The notes beneath the pieces are model-generated. The model did no database searches, had not been told where the DNA came from, and was given only the letters and a program-made list of their open reading frames with translations. Shown piece after piece: positions 28,801-38,029 of a DNA stretch of 64,000 nucleotides; position 1 is the first letter of the stretch, and every line of letters begins with the position of its first letter. Source of the stretch: an uncultured Chloroflexia bacterium. Its GTDB lineage: Bacteria; Chloroflexota; Limnocylindria; Limnocylindrales; CSP1-4. Position numbers and translations under genes: made by a program. The stretch covers positions 124,892 to 188,891 of the forward strand of contig CAVQNC010000015.1 of the NCBI GenBank assembly GCA_963713795.1. The letters are read 5' to 3'.

Positions 28801-29233
28801 GGGCGTAATCGGCGCCCTGGACCTGGGCTCGATCGCGGCGATAGCGCTGGCTTCCATCGGCTTCCTGGTGACGGTCGCCTTCCTGGCCCGTGAACGCCTC
28901 GGCGAGCTGGCCCTGCTGCGAGCCCTGGGCGAGTCGACCCGCGCGGTGGTGGCCATGCTCGCCCTCGAGGAGGCCTTCCTGCTCGCCTACGGCCTGCTGG
29001 CGGGAGCGGCGCTCGGGCTCCTGCTCGGCTGGCTGGCGATTCCCTTCACCGCGGTGACCTCGACCGGAGCGGCGGCGCTGCCCCCGCCGGCCGTCGTGGT
29101 GCCGTGGCCGACGATCCTGCTGATCGGCCTCCCGATCGCGGCGGTCCTCGCCGCCGGAGCCCTGGCCTTGATCCGCATCGCCGCGGCCGGAGCCATCGCC
29201 CCGGCGCTCCGCGGGCGGGAGGTCGAGCCGTGA
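25892..29233 (+). CDS. Large FtsX-like ABC permease
   Basis: Two FtsX TM blocks (RR.E.ALLRSRGAS; R..ELALLRALG) separated by large extracytoplasmic domains. Confidence 0.85.
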   Translation: MSEPVAHSLRRLSLARAVVRRSRSDWPLVLAAWLLLACATSLITAAATYSESVSLGGFRGVIEAAPASTSAVRVQATVGAGEIDSEDRAVEPIVGQVLGSFPGRASLIATTDGLSLAGVDASDATRQILVGAYAGLDAHAALTAGHWARPGGSPVQATLSDGAAAALGVSLGERVGLTSKLDPSWHAEVVVVGLWRPDPQDRYWLGSPLELTGVQTTGSATTRGPFVVAAPDLPALAGSASVNLEWRWLPDIGSLRPDGANALVAAIATLGDRLGVANPGTYVWVDSGLPAALTAASTALLVAQSSIWLLFAQFAVLAVYAILLVAGMLVERRRPEAALLRSRGASSAHLALLAFGEAALLAVPAVAVAPFVAQLLVRLVGAVGPLASAGVLVPVGIDGTVVAAAAAAGIGCVVVLTLPALPGAGTLSGVRAALGRQVGRTLAQRLGLDLALLVVAAIAIWQLQLYGAPLTRTVRGDLGIDPLLVAAPAIGLLAGALFATRAVPRLGEVGERLLGRGAGLMAPLLARQIGRRPLRYTRLALLLMLAAALGTFAATFAATWTRSQTDQAAYQAASDERVTVAGYPALPDWALGTAYAAIPGVTAADPVVREAFDVGRDVAGGELLAVDPGMTADLASIPEGAFSSSSADALAGLAASPKAAMAALPGRPARLAVTLDTALADAGAAGRPPDPASSSAAIDISVVIADANGLHRFDGGDVALAATPARVAIGLTTSADGTIYRPAYPLLLESVEIELIAPNLSQLGGTIELAGLEASQAATGNDWQTVALPPAAAGWGWSRVEDETALPYQPPAGRPGLISIGGGTDQSPTLTQPLVSAGVVFRYWAIPAGPSAIPAIADAQLLDSTGARPGDTILASRSGFQSPVRIVGTAADFPTLDPSGSFLIVDRSALELVDYANWGLVDSAGEWWLAVTPGRDAEVVASLSGGPYSVASVVSRAQLESAMQADPIALGVIGALDLGSIAAIALASIGFLVTVAFLARERLGELALLRALGESTRAVVAMLALEEAFLLAYGLLAGAALGLLLGWLAIPFTAVTSTGAAALPPPAVVVPWPTILLIGLPIAAVLAAGALALIRIAAAGAIAPALRGREVEP

Positions 29234-32157
29234 GCTGGGTCTCGGTCCAGCTCCGCCGCCTGGCCGACGCCCGGGTGGCCGCGGGCGGACTCATCGCGCT
29301 TGCCCTGGTCACGTCGTTCCTGTTCGCGGTCGCGCCGCGCGTCATCGACATCCAGGCCGACGCGGCCCTGCGCTCGACGGTCGACGCCGCCACCTCCGCC
29401 ACGCGGAACATCGCCGTCTCGCAGACCGGCCGCATCGAACCGGGATCGCCGGATCCGCTGACCCCCATCTCGACCGACGGGGACCAGTTCTTCGAGCAGT
29501 TCCCGGCATCCCTGGCGGCCCTGGTCCAGGCTCGCTACGCGACGGTCGACACGGCCCGCTTCCTGCCGCTCGGGCTGGAGGGTCGGACTGTGCGGCTGAG
29601 ATACCTGGACGACGCCACCGAACATGTCCGGCTGGTCTCCGGCCGCTTCCCGACCGGCCAGACGACGCAGACGCCGGTCGCACCCGGGTTGGTCCGGGCC
29701 GGATCGTCGTTCGGCCAGTCGGGGCCGGTGCCCGATTCACTGACCACGTTCGAGGTAGCCCTGTCGACCGCCTCGGCCCACGACCTCGGCGTCGTCGTCG
29801 GCGACACCCTCCAGCTGCGCAGCGACACCGCGGACCCGCTGACCGGCGCCCCGAGCCGCTATGTCGCTTCCGCCAGCTCGTACCTCGCGATCGACATAGT
29901 CGGCATCTACGACGTCCCGGATGGTTCGGCCGACTACTGGTTCGCCGACACGTCGCTCGAACGGCCGCAGATCCGCTCGCTTTCCTCGCTCAACCAGATC
30001 GACGACACCACGGTCCTCTTCTCGGCCGCGGCATACCCGGCACTATTGAACGCAACTTCTCTCGGCCAGATGCAGTTCCGCTACACGTGGCGCTACGAGA
30101 TCGACTCGTCACGGCTGCGGGCGGACGACGCCGGGATCCTGCAGACTGACCTGCGCCGGATGGAGAGCGTCTTCCTGGCCGAAGCCACGTCTTCCACCCA
30201 ACTGCACGTCTCCGGCCAGCTGAGCGCGCCGGTGCTCCAGAACGGGCTGCTCAGCCTGCTCGAGACGTACTCCGGTGGCTGGCGGGCCGTCTCGCAGATC
30301 CTGAGCGTGGCCGAGGTCGGCAGCGGCGCCGTCGCGCTGCTGGCCCTGAGCCTGGTCTGCCTGCTGGCAGGGCGGCGCCGCGCCCGGTCGCTGGCGCTCT
30401 GGCAGAGCCGCGGCGCCTCCAGGCTCCACGCCGTCGGCGGGGCGCTCGTCGAGATCGCCCTGGCCCTGGCCGTGCCGGTCGCGGCTGGAGCGGCGCTGGC
30501 GATCGCCCTGACGCCGTCGCGACCGGCCGCTCCGACGCTCCTCCTGTCCGGCGGAGTCCTCGCCTTCGCCTCGACGCTGGTGCTGGCCACTACATGGGGA
30601 GCAAACGGCGATCCGGGGGCCGGCCCGGCCGGAGACCAGGGCGGGGGCGGCCGCGGCGGCGGCGGCTACGGTCGAGGCGCCGGCCCGCGCAGGCTGGTCC
30701 TCGAAGCGGCGGTCGTCGTCGGTGCCGTTGTCGGGGCGTTCATCCTGCGCCAGCGCGGCGTCGCCAGCGCCGGCGCGAGTACGGTTCTGGCCTCGCCTGA
30801 TCCGCTGCTCGCCGCCGTCCCGGCCCTGACAGGGGGAGCCGCCGCCCTGGCGGTGGCCAGGCTGCTGCCGATCCCGCTCGACCTGCTGGCACGGCTGGCC
30901 GAGCGACGGCGCGGGCTCGTGGCCTCCCTGGCACTGCGCCGCGCGACTCGCCGGACCAACGGCCGCCTGATGCTGACCGCGCTCCTGGCCATGGCCGCGG
31001 TCTGGTCGTTCGCGGCCATCTCGCTCTCCTACATGTCGCGGGCCAGCGACGCCGACAGCTGGCTTTCGGTCGGGGCCGCCTATCGCATCGACCTTCAGGA
31101 AGGCTCGATCCCGCCGGACTTCGTCGTCGCGGATCTGCCGGGCGTCGAGGCGGCCTCGAGCGCGGCCGTGCTGAGCGGTCACGTCCCCGACAGCACGGCC
31201 CAGGTCTCCGTACTGGCCATCGACCTGGCCGCGTACCGCGACGTCGTGGCGGGCGGCTGGCTGGACGGGACCGTGCCGCAGTCGATGATCGACGCCGAGG
31301 CCGCCCTGCCGGTCGCTTCGCCCTCGGCGCCGGCGGGCGGCGCTCAGGTTTCCGGCGCCGCCCCGGCCTCCGCCGCCGCGCCCGCGCCGCTCCCGGCAAT
31401 CGTCTCGACGACCTTCGCCGGTGACGCCGGCCTCGGACTCGGCGATACGTTCGAGGTCGTCGTGGGCGGGGCCCGGCCGACGTTCTCCGTGGCCGCCATC
31501 CGCGACGCCTTCCCGACCCTCTCGGCCGACGTTCCGTGGATGGTCGTGCCTCGCCGAAACCTCGCCGCGGTCGTCGCCGGCGGCGAGGTCGCGCCGACGG
31601 AGGTATTCATCAAGGCCGGTCCCGACGCGGGAGCTACGATCGCCAGAGCGCTGCAGAACCGCCTTCCGGCCCAGGGCGTGGTGTACAGCCGCTTCGACGC
31701 CGTCGCGGCGCTGCGCGACGCGCCCGACTACGCGGCCGTGGTGTTCGGACTCGCCGCCGCCTCGCTGGTGGCCGCCCTCTACGGCGCCCTGGCCATCTTC
31801 GTGGCGCTCCTGCTGGCCGGCGCGGAGCAGTCCCGCGAGTCGGCACATCTGCGGGTACTGGGGCTGAGCCGGGGCGAGAATCTCGGCCTCAGCGCGATGG
31901 AGCATGGTCCCGCCGCCGTGCTTGTCATCGTCGCCGGCATGGCGCTCGGAGCCGGGCTCTTCGCGTTCCTGCAATCCGGGCTCGGGCTCGGCCAGCTCGT
32001 CGGGGGAGACGTCGAGGTCGGCCTGCCGATCGAGCCGGCCTGGGTCGCCGCCGTCTTCGGCGCGATCGCCGCGATGGTCGGTCTGGCGGTTCTCCTCGAA
32101 ACCGCCGCCGAGTCGATAATCAAGACCACAGCCGCGTTGCGGGGAGGACTCGATTGA
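29230..32157 (+). CDS. Large FtsX-like ABC permease
   Basis: RR...LALWQSRGAS and ESAHLRVLG blocks; GTG start overlaps the upstream TGA. Confidence 0.85.
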   Translation: MSWVSVQLRRLADARVAAGGLIALALVTSFLFAVAPRVIDIQADAALRSTVDAATSATRNIAVSQTGRIEPGSPDPLTPISTDGDQFFEQFPASLAALVQARYATVDTARFLPLGLEGRTVRLRYLDDATEHVRLVSGRFPTGQTTQTPVAPGLVRAGSSFGQSGPVPDSLTTFEVALSTASAHDLGVVVGDTLQLRSDTADPLTGAPSRYVASASSYLAIDIVGIYDVPDGSADYWFADTSLERPQIRSLSSLNQIDDTTVLFSAAAYPALLNATSLGQMQFRYTWRYEIDSSRLRADDAGILQTDLRRMESVFLAEATSSTQLHVSGQLSAPVLQNGLLSLLETYSGGWRAVSQILSVAEVGSGAVALLALSLVCLLAGRRRARSLALWQSRGASRLHAVGGALVEIALALAVPVAAGAALAIALTPSRPAAPTLLLSGGVLAFASTLVLATTWGANGDPGAGPAGDQGGGGRGGGGYGRGAGPRRLVLEAAVVVGAVVGAFILRQRGVASAGASTVLASPDPLLAAVPALTGGAAALAVARLLPIPLDLLARLAERRRGLVASLALRRATRRTNGRLMLTALLAMAAVWSFAAISLSYMSRASDADSWLSVGAAYRIDLQEGSIPPDFVVADLPGVEAASSAAVLSGHVPDSTAQVSVLAIDLAAYRDVVAGGWLDGTVPQSMIDAEAALPVASPSAPAGGAQVSGAAPASAAAPAPLPAIVSTTFAGDAGLGLGDTFEVVVGGARPTFSVAAIRDAFPTLSADVPWMVVPRRNLAAVVAGGEVAPTEVFIKAGPDAGATIARALQNRLPAQGVVYSRFDAVAALRDAPDYAAVVFGLAAASLVAALYGALAIFVALLLAGAEQSRESAHLRVLGLSRGENLGLSAMEHGPAAVLVIVAGMALGAGLFAFLQSGLGLGQLVGGDVEVGLPIEPAWVAAVFGAIAAMVGLAVLLETAAESIIKTTAALRGGLD

Positions 32158-33230
32158 CCGCCGGACAAGCCGTTCGACCCGCCTTCGGCGACGGCGCCCA
32201 GATCATCTGCGACGGCCTGGTCCGCATTTTCAAGGTGGCCGACATCGAGGCGGTCGCGTTGCAGGGCCTGGACCTGATCGTCGGCGCCGGCGAGATGCTG
32301 GCCGTCGTCGGGGCGTCGGGCAGCGGCAAGTCCACGCTCCTCAACATCCTCGGCGGCCTGGACGTGCAGTCGGCCGGCCGGGCCGTCGTCGCCGGGCACG
32401 ATCTCGGCCAGATGGACGCTCGCGAGCGGACCGACTACCGGCGGCGAGTCGTCGGCTTCGTCTGGCAGCAGACCGCCCGCAACCTGCTGCCCTACCTGAC
32501 CGGGGTCGAGAACGTCGAACTGCCGATGACTCTCGACGGCCGGCCGAACCGCCGGGACCGGGCGAAGGAGCTGCTGGACCTGGTCGGCCTGGCCGACAGG
32601 GCGGGCAGCAAGCCCGAGCGGCTGAGCGGCGGGGAGCAGCAGCGTGTCGCCATCGCCGTCGCGCTGGCCAACGAACCCGCGGTATTGCTGGCGGACGAGC
32701 CTACAGGAGAGCTGGACAGCGCAACCTCCGCCGACGTCTTCGCCCTGCTGCGGCGCGTGAACCGGGAGCTGGGGACAACCATCGTGATCGTTACGCACGA
32801 TGCCCTGGTCGCCGACCAGGTGCCGCGGACCGTGGCGATTCGCGACGGCCGGACCAGCACCGAGACGGTCCGCCGGACCGAGGTCTCCGGCGAGGGCGCG
32901 CATACCACGATAGCCGAGGAGTTCGCGGTCCTGGACCGGGCCGGTCGGCTGCAGCTGCCGCGCGGGCACATGGACGCGCTCCACCTGGCCCACCGGGTTC
33001 GGCTGCGCCTCGAGCCGGACCACATCGGGGTCTGGCCCGATCCGGAGGCTCAGAAGCGGCGCGAGGCCAGCCGCCACGGCAGGTCCGCCGTCGGCCACGA
33101 GGCCGCGCGCGATTCCGGCCACGAGGCCGTGCTCGATTCCGGCCACGAGGGCGCCCGCCCCGACGCGGCGGACGATTCCGGTCACGGCCAGAGCCAGGAC
33201 CAAAGCAGGAGCCACGAGGAGAACAGATGA
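32154..33230 (+). CDS. ABC ATPase (LolD/MacB-type) with C-terminal extension
   Basis: GASGSGKST, LSGGEQQR, LLADEPTGELD; tail EEFAVLDRAGRLQLP; TTG start overlaps the upstream stop. Confidence 0.92.
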   Translation: MTAGQAVRPAFGDGAQIICDGLVRIFKVADIEAVALQGLDLIVGAGEMLAVVGASGSGKSTLLNILGGLDVQSAGRAVVAGHDLGQMDARERTDYRRRVVGFVWQQTARNLLPYLTGVENVELPMTLDGRPNRRDRAKELLDLVGLADRAGSKPERLSGGEQQRVAIAVALANEPAVLLADEPTGELDSATSADVFALLRRVNRELGTTIVIVTHDALVADQVPRTVAIRDGRTSTETVRRTEVSGEGAHTTIAEEFAVLDRAGRLQLPRGHMDALHLAHRVRLRLEPDHIGVWPDPEAQKRREASRHGRSAVGHEAARDSGHEAVLDSGHEGARPDAADDSGHGQSQDQSRSHEENR

Positions 33231-33955
33231 CGGCGGAGGCGAGCTCCTCCCCTGCGGCCGCGGCGCCGCCGGCCGCGCCCGATTCCGCCCCGATGGTCCG
33301 GGCCGCGGCGCTTCGCCGCGACTTCCCGTCCGGGGACGGCGTGGTCCATGCGCTGCGGGGCGTGGACCTGACCGTCGAGCGGGGCGAGGTGCTGGCCGTC
33401 CGGGGCCGCTCCGGCAGCGGCAAGACGACGCTGCTCAATCTTCTCGGCGGCCTGGACCGGCCCAACTCGGGCAGCGTCGAGATCGACGGCCGCGACATAA
33501 GCGCCATGCCCGAGGCCGAACTGGTCGAGCTGCGGCGCTCCACCGTCGCCTACATCTTCCAGACGTTCGGCCTGATCCCGATCCTGAGCGCCGCCGAGAA
33601 CGTCGAGATCCCGCTGCGGCTGCTGCGGACCGAGCCGCGCGCGCGCGATCGCCGCGTCGGCGAGCTGCTGGCCCTGGTGGGCCTGGCGGGACGAACGCGC
33701 CACCGTCCGGCCGAGCTCTCTGGCGGCGAGCAGCAGCGCGTCGCGGTCGCCAGGGCCCTGGCCAGCCACCCGAAGCTGCTCCTCGCCGACGAACCGACCG
33801 GCCAGCTGGACCTGGAGACCGGCCGCTCGGTCATGATCCTGCTCCGCAACGTCGTTCGCGCCGAGGGGATCACGGCCGTGGTGGCCACGCACGATCCGAT
33901 GATGCTCGACCTGGCCGACCGGGTCGTCGAGCTACGGGACGGTGCCCTCGTCTGA
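33227..33955 (+). CDS. ABC ATPase (LolD/MacB-type)
   Basis: GRSGSGKTT, LSGGEQQR, LLADEPTGQLD, ATHD. Confidence 0.93.
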   Translation: MTAEASSSPAAAAPPAAPDSAPMVRAAALRRDFPSGDGVVHALRGVDLTVERGEVLAVRGRSGSGKTTLLNLLGGLDRPNSGSVEIDGRDISAMPEAELVELRRSTVAYIFQTFGLIPILSAAENVEIPLRLLRTEPRARDRRVGELLALVGLAGRTRHRPAELSGGEQQRVAVARALASHPKLLLADEPTGQLDLETGRSVMILLRNVVRAEGITAVVATHDPMMLDLADRVVELRDGALV

Positions 33956-34139
33956 CTCGCCGCGCGCGCTCGGAACCGGGCTCGGGCCGCTCGCCGGTCA
34001 CAGTCCGGGACAGTGGCGAACGGCTGCCGCCGTCGAGTGACTCCTGGCACCACTGACAGGTGGGCGGCAAGGTTCGCCCGCTAACATCCCGCGGCACGAT
34101 CGCCAATCTGCAGACAGAGACGTTGAGGGAGCTAGAGCC

Positions 34140-34598
34140 GTGTCGCACTCGAAGTCCGGCCCATCCGGCCGCCGTGGCCGCCGCCGCGGCCAGTCGATGG
34201 TCGAGTTCGCCCTGGTCATCCCGATCTTCATGCTCATCCTGGCGGGCATCCTCGACTTCGGCTTCGCGCTGTACTCGCGCATGACCGTCATCAACGCCGC
34301 CCGCGACGGCGCCCGCGCCGCCGTCATGGTCCCCGACTTCAGCACGATAACCACGGTTGCCCAGCAGGCCGCCGACTCGTCCGCGGCCGGGGCGGGGATG
34401 ACCCCGTCCAGCGTCAGCGTCACCTGTCTCCAGACGTCGGTGTCGCTCACCTCGCCGGCCACGATCGCCTGCGGCCCCACGGTAGTACCCGGCGACTCCG
34501 TGTCCGTGACGGTCAACTACACCTACAAGACCTTCTTCCCGCTCTTCTTCGGGGCCTCGTTCAACCTGGCCTCGACCGTCCAGATGGTCATCGAATAG
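34140..34598 (+). CDS. TadE-like minor pilin (copy 1)
   Basis: Basic leader then G|QSMVEFALV, hydrophobic helix, AARDGARAA. Confidence 0.9.
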   Translation: MSHSKSGPSGRRGRRRGQSMVEFALVIPIFMLILAGILDFGFALYSRMTVINAARDGARAAVMVPDFSTITTVAQQAADSSAAGAGMTPSSVSVTCLQTSVSLTSPATIACGPTVVPGDSVSVTVNYTYKTFFPLFFGASFNLASTVQMVIE

Positions 34599-34646
34599 CC
34601 ATTCCGCGGGATCACCATGCCTAGAAGGGACACCGGAGGAACCGAG

Positions 34647-37088
34647 ATGCTGCTCTCACGACTCACCCGACGGGACCGCAAACGGGAGGACGGCCAGATC
34701 ATCGTCCTGTTCGAGCTGTCCCTGGTCGTCATGCTCGTGTGCGCGGCCCTCGTCATCGACCTGGGCGTCCTGCGCAACAACAAGCAGATCCTGAGGAACA
34801 CCTTCGACGCGGCCGCCCTCGCGGGCGGGCATGACCTTCCCGTCACCGGCCTGGCAGGCGAAACGGCGGCCAACGCGCTGATCGACGCGACCATCCAGGC
34901 GAACTACCCGGGCGGCCTGCCGGCCTCCAACTACAAGATCACCTACAAGTGCCTTATCGGAGCGAACTCTACCGGACCCCTGATCACCAGGGACATTCCG
35001 ACGGTGTGCGACCCGCGCCTGTCGCTTCACGTACCCATCGACAACCCCCTGACCACGAGCGACATCACGGCGCTCACTGCCGACTTCACCGGCGCCGGCC
35101 TGACGCGGGTCTCCTCCTGCGATCCAAGTCAGGGCGACATGTGCAACGTCGTCCAGATCCAGGGCAGCGCGACCACCCAGTACGCTCTCGCGCCGGTAGC
35201 CGGGATAGACAGCGGTTCGACCGGGGTCGTCGTGTCGACCGCCTGCAACGGGCCCTGCGGGCAGGCGACCAGCGTCCCGGTGGACCTGGTCATGATCATC
35301 GACCGGACCGGCAGCATGCTAACGCCAGTCAACAAGGTTCAGGCCACACGGGACGCCGCCGACGCGGTCCTGGGCGTCTACAACCCGGCCATCCAGCGCG
35401 TGGCGCTGGGGCTGCTCGGCCCCAGCTCAATACAACCCAACAACACCTGCAGCGGCCCCGGCGGCCCGCCCGTGAATGCGAACTACCAGGTCCAGGGAAC
35501 CCTGACGGCGCCGGCCATCGCCAGTTCGAACGCCACCGACGTCCAGTCGGCACCGAACGCTTCGACCGGCGCGGCGACGCTCGTGATCAACACGCCGACC
35601 TCGACGGCCAGCGGTGATTTCCTGATGGCCGGCATAACCGTCACCGGCGGATCCGGGGCGGGGTTGGCGGCACCATCCGGCTGGACGCTGATCCAGCGTA
35701 CGAACAACTCGACGAATGTCGCCCTCTTCACCTACTACCACGTGGCCAGCGGTACGATTGCCAGCGGTTCGGAGCCGGCGAACTACACCTGGAACCTCTC
35801 GCCCAACGCCCGGGCGTCGGGCGGGATCCTCCGCTACACGGGCGTGAACACGTCCAGCCCCTTCAACGTCACGCCGAGCACCAACACCGGCTCGGGCACG
35901 GCCGTGACCGCCAACAGCATCACGACCACGTCAGCCCAGACGGCCGTCGTGGGCTTCTACGCTACGGCCGCCAAGACGTCCTTCACGCCGCCCGGCGGCA
36001 CGCCGACCGCGACCGAGCGGTTCGACGTCCAGAACACGAACGCGGCAGGTCCCACGATCGAATCGGCCACCCTGACCGAGGCCACCGCCGGCGCGACCGG
36101 CAACAAGACCGGGACCGCTACCCTGGCCGGCCAGTGGGCCGCACAGCTCGTCGCCCTGAACCCCGTGCCTGTGGACGTCTACGGCACGAACGTGCCGGCC
36201 GACCTCGGCAAGTGGATCCCGATCGGATTCACCGGCACCGACAGCGACTCGCCGCCGCCCGCCTACAACGAGGCCTACGTCAACAGCAGCGGCGTCCCCA
36301 ACCCCGCCAGCCACATCGTGTCGGCCATCAGCTGCTTCAACGCCGGCTACGATGGCACGAACCTGGCCACGCCGATTGTCATGGCGACGTACTACCTGCA
36401 GCACTACGGCCGCCCGAAGGATACCTGGGGGATCCTCCTGGAGACCGACGGCCAGCCGTACCCCGGCCCCGGCAGCGCGAGCGACTACACATGCTCAGCG
36501 GCGAGCAGCGCGGCCATCGCCGCGAAGAACACGACGAACGCCAGCGGCATACCGATCCAGATCTTCACCGTTGGCTACGGCTTGGACGGCTCCAACGATG
36601 TCGCCTGCCCGGACACGGGGAGCACTCCGGCCGACAGTCACGGCGTGAGCTGGAGTGGCAAGAAGGCGACAACGCTGCTCGCGTCCATGGCCACCCAGCC
36701 CTCGGTCGACGGCGGCTGCCCCGGCACGTCCAACACTGACGGTGACCACTTCTTCTGCCAGCCCAAGACGTCGGACCTCACGGCGATCTTCAGCCAGATC
36801 GCGCTCAATTTCGCGGGCCTTGGCGCGCGTCTCGTCCAGCTGTACCCGGCGCCGGTGGTCACCAGCGCCGGAGGCCCAACCGCCTCGGTGACGATATCGG
36901 GCGAGTACTTCACCGGCGCGACCTCGGTCACGTTCGGCGGGGCCTCCGCGGCCTTCGTGGTCGGAACCGACAACTCCATCACGGCCAGGGCTCCCGCCGG
37001 AGCCAGCGGCTCGACCGTGGACGTCATCGTGTCGTCGCCCGGCGGCTCGTCGGCGATAACCCCCGCGGACAAGTACACGTACCCATAG
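34647..37088 (+). CDS. TadG-like pilin-anchored adhesin: vWA with inserted beta domain plus IPT/TIG (copy 1)
   Basis: G|QIIVLF prepilin site, DAAALAG, DRTGS MIDAS-like motif, GTN...ETDG, IFTVGYG, C-terminal VTISGEYFTGATSVTFG IPT repeat; GGAGGA RBS. Confidence 0.85.
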   Translation: MLLSRLTRRDRKREDGQIIVLFELSLVVMLVCAALVIDLGVLRNNKQILRNTFDAAALAGGHDLPVTGLAGETAANALIDATIQANYPGGLPASNYKITYKCLIGANSTGPLITRDIPTVCDPRLSLHVPIDNPLTTSDITALTADFTGAGLTRVSSCDPSQGDMCNVVQIQGSATTQYALAPVAGIDSGSTGVVVSTACNGPCGQATSVPVDLVMIIDRTGSMLTPVNKVQATRDAADAVLGVYNPAIQRVALGLLGPSSIQPNNTCSGPGGPPVNANYQVQGTLTAPAIASSNATDVQSAPNASTGAATLVINTPTSTASGDFLMAGITVTGGSGAGLAAPSGWTLIQRTNNSTNVALFTYYHVASGTIASGSEPANYTWNLSPNARASGGILRYTGVNTSSPFNVTPSTNTGSGTAVTANSITTTSAQTAVVGFYATAAKTSFTPPGGTPTATERFDVQNTNAAGPTIESATLTEATAGATGNKTGTATLAGQWAAQLVALNPVPVDVYGTNVPADLGKWIPIGFTGTDSDSPPPAYNEAYVNSSGVPNPASHIVSAISCFNAGYDGTNLATPIVMATYYLQHYGRPKDTWGILLETDGQPYPGPGSASDYTCSAASSAAIAAKNTTNASGIPIQIFTVGYGLDGSNDVACPDTGSTPADSHGVSWSGKKATTLLASMATQPSVDGGCPGTSNTDGDHFFCQPKTSDLTAIFSQIALNFAGLGARLVQLYPAPVVTSAGGPTASVTISGEYFTGATSVTFGGASAAFVVGTDNSITARAPAGASGSTVDVIVSSPGGSSAITPADKYTYP

Positions 37089-37182
37089 CGGCGCATCCGT
37101 CCCGGCTCGCCGGAGCCCCAACCGGGGCGTCCCGACCATCGATTTCGAGCGAGCGCCGCGGACACACGAAGTGTCGCCAGCG

Positions 37183-37217
37183 TCAAAGAGCCCGCCGATC
37201 TCCGGCGGGCTCTTTGA
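37183..37217. terminator. Stem-loop terminator after Tad cassette 1
   Basis: TCAAAGAGCCCGCCG-ATCTC-CGGCGGGCTCTTTGA, a 15-bp perfect stem followed by TTT. Confidence 0.8.
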
Positions 37218-37510
37218 TTTGCCGGCGCGCCAGGGCGGACCGGAACCCGGCGCGCTCCCCTGGTGCACGGTCGAGGACCAGCGATTGTCCCGGGCAGGAC
37301 TATCGGACCGTAGCCTGAACCGGCGAGACGTCCGACCATCCGCCCATGATGGGAGAAACCAGAGAGCCTTCTGAGGTGGTCCGTCTCGGATCCCTGCCGC
37401 TCGAACGCGCCGAGAAGAACGCGTCGGGAGCCGAGGCCAGCTTGCGCTCGTCCGTCCGCTCCGGCGGCGTGATCCCTTGCGAGGACAAGGGGAGCGTCGG
37501 GGCAAAGGCC

Positions 37511-37978
37511 GTGTCGGGCTCGAAGTCCATCCCGGCCGGCCGCCGCCGCGGCCGCCGTGGCCGCCGGCGCGGCCAGTCGATGGTCGAGTTCGCCCTGGTC
37601 CTGCCGGTCTTCATGCTCATCCTGGCGGGCATCCTCGACTTCGGCTTCGCGCTCTACACCCGGATGACCGTCATCAACGCCGCCCGCGACGGCGCCCGCG
37701 CCGCCGTCATGGTCTCCGACTTCAGCACGATAACCACGGTGGCCGAGCAGGCCGCCGACTCGTCCGCGGCCGGGGCGGGACTCACGGTCACCACACCGGC
37801 TCCCATCTGCTTCCAGACCTCTGCCTCGCCGTCTTCGACGACCCAGATCAGCTGTGCCAGCGCCCAGCCGGGCGATTCCGTCTACGTGACGGTCAACTAC
37901 ACCTACAAGACCTTCTTCCCGCTCTTCTTCGGGGCCTCGTTCAACCTGGCCTCATCGGTCCAGATGGTCATCGAATAG
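37511..37978 (+). CDS. TadE-like minor pilin (copy 2)
   Basis: Paralog of 34140-34598; start re-called to GTG 37511 by alignment with copy 1. Confidence 0.88.
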   Translation: MSGSKSIPAGRRRGRRGRRRGQSMVEFALVLPVFMLILAGILDFGFALYTRMTVINAARDGARAAVMVSDFSTITTVAEQAADSSAAGAGLTVTTPAPICFQTSASPSSTTQISCASAQPGDSVYVTVNYTYKTFFPLFFGASFNLASSVQMVIE

Positions 37979-38029
37979 CCGTGCGTCCGCGGTATCACCA
38001 TGCCTAGAAGGGACACCGGAGGAACCGAG

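Noticed and set aside
33085-33190. Short in-frame repeats (24-bp SGHEA here, 18-bp AAATVS ~5177-5230, 24-bp GAGAVVAP ~49060-49107)
   Set aside because: Ordinary slippage expansions in disordered linkers or tails.
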